Shown: positions 1 to 11,100 of the stretch, piece by piece | Position numbering within the stretch: the first letter of the stretch is position 1 | How the letters are laid out: every line of letters begins with the position of its first letter | From: Tubulanus polymorphus | Taxonomy: Eukaryota; Animalia; Nemertea | Assembly: GCF_964204645.1 (NCBI RefSeq) | Contig: NC_134025.1 | Location: forward strand, 27,384,299-27,448,298 | Direction of reading: 5' to 3' | DNA: 64,000 nucleotides | The notes under the pieces: model-generated | The model's database searches: none | The model's input: the letters and a program-made list of their open reading frames with translations, nothing else | What the model was told of the DNA's origin: nothing | Translations under genes and position numbers: made by a program

Positions 1-843
1 CATTACGGTTACTTCAAAAGATTTTCCAAAAAATCTTAATTTCTTTTAGATTTGGAATTAAAGATTAGAACTTGTCAATGTCCGAAGCCCTTAGTTTTAC
101 TTGCGCAGTCATAGTATATTCGATTTCTGAAATTTCCTCAGGTGAAATGTAGTTTTCTCTGAGATGCTTCGGTATGTTGGATATTAAGGGTTGGATGAAG
201 GACAGCATTGTATATATCGCTTGTAGAGCTTATGCGATGCATGAACTGTCAGAAATTGACTTATGATGGACAGCATGTTGCTGGTAAACAGTGACTAAGC
301 AGTGAAACTACCAGGTAGAAAATAAACTACTTATGTTCCGGACTTTGACATCTTTATCATTTACGTGAGCATCAGAGGTATTGAGTATTAGACACTTGAG
401 TTCGTTCGTAATATGAAAATGTGGTTGTCCATTTTCCACTTAAAACCACTCCTCATCCAGATATGCAGTTCGGATGAAATCCCCTTCGGTCTCTAAAAGA
501 ACTTCGTGTGTATTCCACGTCAGACCAGTTTTCTTAATAATTCATAAGACAGGTGACTAACTCGACCTCGCGCGTGTCTCCGCCGAGTATGAGAACTGCC
601 CACACGACGCCTCTCGGAAGAGCCGCATCACCTACCTGTCCTATAAAATGACCTTTTGATTCTTCGATTCGAATAACCTAGAGAGAACTTCGCACACCGA
701 GAAAGGTTAAATATGATACATTGGACCGATTGGTCATTTCCAAAACTAAGGTTTCATAGGCGATGCGGGCCTCTCATCTACACCTAGTACATCAAAAGGC
801 ACCCTGGTAGAAAAATAGGTGTTTGTATGTAAATCCCTGAAAG

Positions 844-2339
844 ATGGAAGTACACCGACACTTTATAAATATGAAAGCAGCTGGGAATTTCAAGCAGCTG
901 AAGTTGATGATGCATCCATCTTCCCTGGTCATCTTCGCTATTCATTATATGTGGCTAGTTGCAGCACTAATTACCGACTGGTGCCTGCTTACCGCGGGTA
1001 AAATGTCAAGAATTACTAATGAATTTAACATTTCTAATCAATGCTTGAATGATTGGCGCTATACCATCAAACATTTTCATGATAGAGAGGCTTGTTTTCC
1101 TCGTAATTTTTCATCCATTATAGTCTGATACTTACAATGTTTTTATCAGAACAGCTGCTCGATTTGTTCAAAGGTGAAGAAAATATAAACATTCCGTGAC
1201 TGTTTTGACCGCCTGTTGACCGGACTCAAAGACTATGGCCACTACTCGAGGCCGATGACCTCGTAGCCTGTGTACACACTTATGCTTATTACTGAGACGA
1301 CTGCGGAAAAATAATTCATCACTCGCATGGAATAAGAGAACATTGCCTTCTCTGATTAAAACATGGCACGTTAGTCTCAATTTATCACAGGGCTTTATTT
1401 GTGTAGCCTTCATACGTTAGATATGCGCAGGGAATACCATCGTAAAATCTTTCCCTCGCTATATCCCTTTTTCATGATCATTGTCCTTGGGTAGACCATT
1501 AAATATCGTTACTGAAGGCTCTCATTCAAGAGATGAATATTGTAAGAAATTTATTGATGTCTAATTTCAGATGTTCCGGCTCCGAAAACGACAAACGGAG
1601 TATTCGCGGAGGATACGCAGAGAAGTAATAAAGGGGCAGAGTTGATTCCGTTGTATTGTGTCATCATGGGATTGATCGTCGTGGCCCTTTTAGCCTATGC
1701 CATTTATAAACACTGGCAGCTGAGAGGTAAAAAGAGAAGAGCTCAATACGAAAAGGAACAACAGCATAACAAGAGTACCGACAGTGGCGTTTACATAGAT
1801 ATGGACAGTAAAAGTGAGTAGAATTCTAGGTGTTACCTGGGACTCAGTTGTCAGCTGAGGATTAGATTCTGAACATCGAAGTCAGATTTTTAACCAGGAT
1901 TCTTTTCTTGTTCATTTTAAGATCTTAATTCGACTAAAGTAAGAGATCTGTCTCAAATAAAGAAAAAGGAGTTAGAAGTTTATCTTACTAAAGATCATGA
2001 TGGTCAAAATTGGACTCACTTAGCATCTGAACTAGGTACGTAGTAAAATGAATCATGAAATGTTTCATTGGTCGTTAAAATGATTGAAAGGGTTTGATTA
2101 TATGTATAGCTTTGTATTCTATTACAGGTTATAACTCGCAAATTGAAGCATTTAAAAAACGTGGTTACGAAGAAAATCACATGCCAGTGCGATATTTGTT
2201 GCTGGAGTGGGGTGAAAATGACGATGCAACAGTTGGCATTCTAGTGAAAGCATTACGGACTATAGGACGACAAGATGTTGTTAAAATCATTCATGGTGAA
2301 AAAGACAAATCTGACAGAGTAGATGTGCATACAGTGTAG
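844..2339 (+). CDS. p75NTR/NGFR-family (NRADD-like) single-pass death-domain receptor with no cysteine-rich domains, about 240 aa
   Basis: Exons 844-997, 1571-1813, 1922-2035 and 2128-2339 have GT-AG phase-1 junctions and total 723 nt in frame. TM ELIPLYCVIMGLIVVALLAYAIYKHW resembles p75 NLIPVYCSILAAVVVGLVAYIAFKRW; juxtamembrane STDSGV resembles HSDSGI; death domain NWTHLASELGY...LVKALRTIGRQDVV. Confidence 0.88.
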
Positions 2340-5146
2340 TTTTATTTTTTGCTAATCAAATCTGCGAACTCGAATTTTGTTGTAAAAATTTTTAATTTAT
2401 GGAATGAAATGTAAATATGTTGTTTATACTGCCATGAAATAGTAACGCAATGTAAATAAGAAGCAGTCCATAGCGATCAAAATGTACGTCGTAGTTCCTC
2501 GTATCAGGGAGGTTTTTCATGCTGAAGGTGTATTTTTCGAGCCACCACGAAGTGGCTTGAATAATTCTGTATAAGCCAACGATCATATTCAGATATATAA
2601 ACTAATAAAAGGGCCTGCAGCGTAAAAAAAAAAACACCGTGGATACTAATGAAAATGTATCCGCACAAGGTATGAAGTATCAAGTGGTTATTCCACAGGG
2701 TAATAAACTGGTCACTCAAATGGATATCAAATATCCTTTGATTATCGATATATTATTGTACTTGTATAAAGCTGAGTCATCCATAGGATGCTAATGATAT
2801 TGGATTGTGCTGTATATAAAGAACACATAGTGTACATTAGGGGACCTTTCATATCTTCGTCAAATGCTCTTGTATGCTGTCCCATTTTAGGTGTCAGTGA
2901 AACTCATCATCACATTTCAACCAAATTCACATCGATTGCGGTATTTCTGATGTTGCATTTCAGACACATGTATGTTTAAGGTTGCTTTATAAGTCTTCCA
3001 GTTTCTCTAGGAAAACAAATGATCTTGCCTGTTATCAAGGCACAATATAAAATGTATATATAAACATTGGTTATCTAATGTTGTATGATGGATATTATGA
3101 CTGTTGAGTGATGAATTGAAAGGACACCAGTAAGTAGTATCAGATCTGTCAAACTGCTTGGAATGTCACCATTGCCAAACTACTAAATATGTTTTAACTT
3201 GGCAATGTTATAGTATGTACATATTGTATTATTTTGTACAGTTTGCCATCATCAGTTGGTGCAAATATTCATTGGTTCTTAATAAAAATCATGCCTCTAA
3301 AGATTCTAGTGCCATTTTTAGATTGAATTGCGACAGTTGTTTGTATTCAACATCGATTATTGCTCGCGAAAATATATCATGGAAGAAAAGAAGTGGAAGA
3401 TCATTCAATGTTTTATCGTTTTGGGCACCAAAGAATACATAATGTGAAAATATGTATTTCGACGGTACGCGTTACTATTTTAGTTCACAGAAATTCCGCT
3501 ATCGTCATCTCTAGTGGCAGCACTATACGGTTGAAATCTAACAGCGCCTCGCTATATTCAATTATATCGTTTGTTCATGGTTTATCAGATATCAACGTTA
3601 TAGCTATATCTTTATCTAATCTACTATCACTATCACTTAACGAAATGCAGTGGCAAAAATTGTCCAGATAAACTTGTCAAAAAGTTGCACTTTTTGTGAA
3701 AAGTAAGCAAAAATCAGGGGTTTAACCCATGTTTCCAAATGCAGCACAGTAGACTTACTACTAACTATGAAGACTATCAATGAACTATGTGTTCCTCCAA
3801 AACTTCTAAACAAATACTTCAGAACATAAGTAACGGTTCATATTTGAATGAAAATACACATTTATTCATGGAATATTATTTACATATATCTCCAGTATGA
3901 AAATGCTGATCGTTTGTTTAAAACAAGATTCCAAAAACATCTACACAAATTATCTTTGAAAGAGGAAACAAACATCAGCAAAATGGCAGTCAAATAACGC
4001 TCGTTTTGAAAAATTAAACATTCCAGCGAATGAGCAAAATTAAAGAATTATGTCACGAACTTATCAAAAACGTGATCTCACAATGTGAACACAGATCGCA
4101 AATGTTTTATAATGTAGTACGGAAAATGCCGAAAATCGAGTTTTTCTTCATCATTTAAGTCATAATTCATTCGATAACTAATAAAATGTAAAATAACAAG
4201 AGCAAAAAACTTTCTAATAAAAACTCGTCAATATCCGAACTAAAACAGATGAATAGGTAATACGAAATGAAATCTGTACATATCAAAACTAATTCTCTGT
4301 CTCACATCATACATTTTTACACTATTTACAAAACCAGTCATCGACATTTACAATAAATATACAAAGTAATCAAATGTTTTCATACATTTACACATTAGTT
4401 CATTATATCTTATATAAACTGCTACTAACCGTGCTTCAATTGTTTTACATCGGATGATCAATCAATAACTAAATTATTTACATTCAACAGAAGGGTTACT
4501 GGCTATACTACTAAACGCATTCAATACTACTCAACTATTACTACTTCTGAATTCAAAAAGTGGAATCCGAGCGAACTACGATTTCAGGAGTTGAACAACA
4601 ACAGCCTTGGGGCAATTTGCGATAAGTTCCTAGCACGATCAATTTCCATTCGAAAATGCCTAAATGACCATAACGCATTCGTTGTAGCATAAAATAATAA
4701 ATACATGTACCGGGGTAGCAGAATGGCTTAAACCGATAGAATTCAAGAAAATGCATATTCAAACTCAATCCTCCTCGATATACATGCAATACAGTTTGTT
4801 CCCAGTGATGAAGAAAAAATGTGGAACATTTTCAAACATTTCACTCAATATTTGGCAAGGTTATTTTACCAAAACGGAGTCTACTGTACAATACATGTAG
4901 TTCATTATTCATTCATCTAAAACTATGAAATAGTATATACAAACATTTTCAATCATTAACCGGTATACATCATTCAGTACTCTGTCCCAATTTACACAAG
5001 ATTGATTTAAATACATGTAAACATGAAGCCATTCTTGTACTCATACAACTAACACAGCCCAATTTGGTTAGTATGATTCATTACTTCGCCATTTCCGCTT
5101 CATTCGTCAATAAAGTTACCGGTAGTTACGTCGTAACAATGCGCAA

Positions 5147-8100
5147 TCACATGTCATCGGATGGAGATTTCACTTTGGTGTAAGTTGGACCGAATCGCTG
5201 CATATATTTACGCACAAATTCCTTCGCTTTGGATTTCACATTTTCGTTGACTTCCAGGTCTTCGGCGTGACGTACGTGTTTAATCTCCTTCGACATAACT
5301 GCGTGCGTTAACTACAACAGATCAGATCAGCGTATCACATTTAATTTTAACCGATGATAATATGTTTAGAATAAGCTTCGAGAATCTGTGACAAAAACTA
5401 CCTTTCGTGCCAAATGTTTGAAGTCTTCTGTACTGCTAATATGTCCTAATTTACAATCAGGCTTACGGAATGGGTTCAGGCAGTGGACGATATATTGTGA
5501 TATCTGAAAATGAAATATATCTATCATAAAATAAACAACCAGGTGCGGAGACTTAAGTGGTTCAAGCAAATGGTCGTTCATGCAGTTATCCACCCAGGAT
5601 TTTCATGGATTCGAATCCTGGTGTTTGCAGGATTTTCTAAGATCATCTACCAGTACTGCATTGGGAAAAATAAACCTTGGACTGATAATACCTTGATGAG
5701 TGGCATTCAAGTGGAAATAAGTAACTAAAAATATCTTTACAGCATATTTTACCAAAAGATATGAAATACCTTAGAACGGAAGTTTTCTTTGCATCGTTTG
5801 ATGTATTCACTCGATGTATCTGCAGCTGCGGTCGTTGTTTTTCGTTTCTTCTGAAAACCAAATATTCTGTTAATACGCATCGTACGTGACGGGGACAATC
5901 GATTTGACAGTATCTACGTGACGGTACTTACCCTAGCAGGTTCCTCAGGAGGGGGTGGAATCTCATCACGGTCACTATGGTCCCATTGAGGCGGATCCCA
6001 TCTAGTTTGTCTGAAATGAGCACAGTTCGATCTTGCAGAATTATCAAACATTACTTAACAACAACAGACGAACCATGAAAAAATTCCTTACTTTGTGATT
6101 CGATGGTAGTAGTAGATTTTGCCATTTCCATCGCGAGCAGTCTTCCAGTTGGGAGGTAGTCTTATTTTTGGAGGTTTAGGAGGCGATGGAGGGGGCGGGA
6201 CATCCTCTTCCAGGTGTTCGATCGGAACTTGCATTGGTTGTGGCATCAGCTAAATAAAACAGACACACAAAATTTTAGAAATTTGAATAAGATTAACAAT
6301 ATAAAGTTAAATTCTGATTTGACGACGTACCATCTGTGGTTGTTGATAAGGAGGCATCATTAAACCAGGCTGTGGTTGCGGCTGTTGTTGTGGATAGTAC
6401 ATATTTGTCGGTTGAGCCTGCGTCGCTTGTGGAGGCATGAACTGAGGTGGGACGAATTGGGGTTGTTGAGGAGGTAAGAATTGCGGAGGTCCTGAAGGTG
6501 GCATGAAACCGCCCTGTTGTTGAAACATCATTTGCTGTTGCTGAGGATCTTGATATTGTAAAGCCATTTGATTAGGATCCATCTGAAATGCACATGTAAT
6601 CTATAAGATTTCTTTTTTTAGAGATACGATTGATTTAGAAAACAAAATAGCAGCAGACTTGCATTCCTTTTCTTCTTTACAATTCATATGTAAATATACC
6701 GGGAAGTCTGTTACTTCATAAAATATTGATTAGGCATAACCAACAGTCGAATCATTGCTTACCATGGGCTGCATAGGCGCTTGCATATGATTATTAGCCA
6801 TTGGATCGTATTCAAGTGCTGGTGATTCGTGTTGTGAAGTCGGAGGAATGGTCGGTAAATCGAGCAGTGAAGGAATACTGGCACGCGGAGGTTCAATCTG
6901 AGCTGGATCAATCGGTAATCCAGTTGTCGGATCTAATGGAATACCTGTATTAGGATCTGTAATTCAAATATCAAACATATTTTTAACATGTTTTGTTCAT
7001 CGTAAATCATAGAATAGAACAGCAGTATGTCAACTCACCGATGACTGGCATCAGCTGCTGTCCATTTTGATCGATCATCGGAGGAACCTCAGGCATTGGA
7101 GGGGGCATGAAAGGTGGCGGAGCATTAGGATCCATAGCGAAATTAGGAGGGAAAGGATTATTGGGATCTTGAGGAAATGGTGGAAATCCCGGCGGGAATC
7201 CCATCGCGTTCATCATTTCCTGAGCATGTTGCATTAATTCTTCCTGCTGTTTCTTCACCTCTTCTTCAGCTTTCACTTGCTCTTCAAATAGTTTTCTCCT
7301 CTCTTCTTTACTCATTTTCGGAGTAGACGATTCTTGCTTTCTATTCATTTGAAACAGAAATTTATTGAAAATCTATTTATTCAACTAGCCCAAAACGAAC
7401 TGAGAGCGAAATCCAGGGGTCCGATCGATTAGTTCATTTTTGCACAACACAATATCAGGATTTTTCAAATTTTTTCCAGATTTTCCACAGTTGGTCTTAT
7501 CAAAACTCAATAACGTAAGCATTTACTGATCCCAACAAAACTTGTGAACAAATTCCAAGCTCAACAGTTCATGGCATGAAAAGGGGATTAAAATATCTAG
7601 ACAGACCAATTTTTTTAACCCATTTTCATGATTTTTCACAGAGTTTTAAAATTTTTTAGATTTTCTTAACGCAGTCATCTCTCTACTACAATTTTTTACA
7701 TCAATCTGACCCCTGGAAGCAAAAACAAATGGATACTGACCCCGATTCTTCTGTTTGAGATTCCTCTCGGCTTCTGCGACGTTTTTCCCGCCGATCAAAG
7801 TTTCGATCATCACTGCGAGACTCTTTAGAATCGTTATGGTGACTCCTTCTACGATCCCGACGATCTCGATGATCTATCAACAAACATATCAAATTTAGGG
7901 TCGAATTCTTTTCTAGATCTTAGCAATTTAGAACGATATACGTACCTCTTTGATAACCCCTATCGCGTCGATTTCGATCGTAATCTCGGTCGTAATAACG
8001 TTCCCTTTCATAATATCGTTCTCTTTCACGATCTCTGTAACCCTCGCGTTCATAATTATCGTGTTTATCATGCTTCTCTTGCCGATCTATGAATACAATA

Positions 8101-11100
8101 AACAAATACTCGATTTACCAGGAGTAGGAAGGGGACTTAGTCAAATATATTTCAGTCAGATTCATACGTACGTAGTTAACCCTTTCAGCACATTCTAATC
8201 AATACCAGAAAGTGCTAGAGATTGATTAAATTTTTTGAAAATTCCACCCCAGTGTGTTGTTGTACAACGGGCATACTGCTTTAATGCATCTATACCGGGG
8301 CATGGTGTATCGTTAGTTAATAATGTTTCATTATGTTTGATAGGTGCTGCCATCTTTCAATAGAGATAGAAACTAATTACAGTACTAATCACATTAATCC
8401 TTTGCGATGCGGTGTACTAGCTAAGTCTATCACTGATTTATACACCGGAGTAGATGCAATGAAGGGTAAAGGCAGAATTTGTTTTTTTTTCAGAATTTTG
8501 GAATGCACTTAAAGGAAATCCAGATTATGAATGTTCTAACTGGTTTGTATCACCCATGGTTTAACAAGATTATGCCGCAAATAATTCAATGTCCCAAGTA
8601 ATTTCACTAAATGCTACACACCATGTGCATTCCTCATATAACTTGGCACTACCATAAGTTTTTCTGTGTTTAGAAAATAACTCATTTGAGATAATTGCAA
8701 AGGATTCAAACAATCATTGAAATTGAGTAAGTCCTATGCATTTAATTTCCTTAAAAAAGAGCCAAAAACTGAATCAATATCTCGATCATGTTGCACAAAG
8801 TGGTTCCAATAGTGATGTATATACTCTTCTAAAATTTCTCTAAACAGGGTTTCGGGGTTCCAGTATTTTGACCTGGGTTTACTAAATGCAACCATGTCAA
8901 ATTACCATTTGACAAAATGGTTACATGTTTGTAAGTGTTTAAAAGGGCGAGATCTATCATTTCAACATTTGAGTGTCATTTGATTCTTGCGCTTATCATC
9001 AAACCAATGCATCATCAGACTAATGATATATCATCGTAGATCTGATTGATCGTTGATCACAAAAGGTTTACACACTTTCCTGTCCCTCTCCTTATAGAAA
9101 GGATTATTCGACACATGACTCATAATGTGGAAAAGATAGATCTGGATCGATGGAAAATGAATTACCATACATAACTAATTTACACGTAATACATACTTCG
9201 TTCGTTGTATCTATACTTGAGAGTTATGTATGGCAAATTGGGGCCAGACGCAAACCCAGAGAGAAAACATTCACTTCTCTATGAGTTTGCTCAAATTCGG
9301 ACAGTTGGCCATGGGTTGGAGGAACTAGAGCAGCTAAATCGATTTCTCATAACAACTTCATTTCTCAGATCCTCCTTCGAATATTGATGGTGTTGAATAT
9401 AAATCAGAGTAGCTGCTCTAGAGGGACGTTGGCTTTTTATTTGAATGAAACGGTATATTACCTGACAGTACCACCAGATAGGGTGACTGACAACTAAATA
9501 GTGAACTTTATCATTCCGTAGACTCATTTTCGTCAATAAGAAGCCAGCCAAGTTAGGATTTATCCTAGAAGAGTACATATAAACTATTGGAACCTAGATC
9601 TCATTTTTCATTCACGTAGCAATCATAAAATAACCTCATCAATTCACTGATTGAAAAGCGGAAATTCTGGATTTCCTCACGTTATAATTTTAGCAAAATC
9701 CAGTTTCACTTCAGATATTCATTAACTCCAGCGTCAGTGTAAACAAAACGACCACGACAACATTTACAAATAGACATATCCTCATTTCACAACATATCAA
9801 ATGACGTTTGAACATAAAAAATTACCATTAAATCAACTGAAATTTCATATCATTGAGTTGAAAAAACCAAAATATGATCTAGTTAAAAACAGGGTTTGAA
9901 TGAAATATGCTCGAATTTCTATACCGTCTGAAGATAATGAGATCAATATTTTGAATGTATGATGAATAGATGATTGGTAACTTACCGAGTTCCCTTTCAG
10001 TTCGTTTACGATCCTCGACCAGCTGCCGTTTCGGAATCTTGAAAGCTTCCTGTAAAAACGAAACATACATAGATTTCAGTAACTAGCAAAACCTACCGAT
10101 AGTATGATAGCGGAGTCTGAATCTGTAATAAGGCAGTGGTTGGATTTTTACACACTTTGTTTAAAACTGCAATTAATATTATAAATACTCATGAATCCAT
10201 ACAAAATGTCAAAGCAAACGTATATAACCGAAAATGTCTCTTGCCCACGAGGTAAATATTGATCTTAGTTTGGGCTTGCTGTTATACGTTTCTATGGAAA
10301 CAATTATTAATGATTGACGGGTAAGATATCTAAAAATTGCCTCGCGTTAAAATCACTAGTAATTTTTTAAGTTTATCGCTACGAGACTAGAAGAGCTTCA
10401 GCTAATTAAAGAATTTGAGCTTCTTCCAACGACAAAGCTTATGCTATTGAACTTAAAAGAGCTGTTCGAAGCTTTAATTCATTTCGGGAACCTCGCAGCT
10501 CGCGGCTGAAATCTGAGTTGCTTTCTATTAAAGACATCAACACATTCAGAGCAGAAAGTAATCATTAAACTATTTTCAATTGAAATGATATAACAAACAT
10601 AAAATGTAAGAGGGGTGAAATAGTATCATGTCATTGAAATAACAGAAACCATGGATTCCTAAGTTTATTTTGCATATTTAGATTTTGATAGAAGCTGATT
10701 ATGAACCTCCATCAGTAATATAAATCAAACACGCACATTACACCAAATACAATACAAATCCTATAATTCATGGCCTACCTTGAGGTTAGTCCATTTTCCA
10801 AGTAACTGACTGGCTAAATAAGTGACTCCAATCTCCAATTTCTTTTTCTCAACATCAGCCGAGATTTCACCCTCTTCTACTTCATTATCGGAGATTTCTC
10901 CCGATTCGAGGTCGCTGGTTTTAGATTTCTTGCCGCGAGGACTGCTCGGATCGGCGTCGGGTGACTCATCGACGACCGTGGTAAGTTCCGAAATACTTTC
11001 TAAACCGGGTGGAGGAGGTTGTGAACAGTCTCTCGACGGCGGTGCTGAATGCGAATCGCTATCCGAACTAGTATCATCGCCTTTAACTTTTGAAATTTTA

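Noticed and set aside
461-660. GC-richer stretch upstream of the p75-like gene as a CRD or neighbouring-gene exon
   Set aside because: All frames examined are short with stops and show no TNFR cysteine pattern; more likely UTR or promoter.
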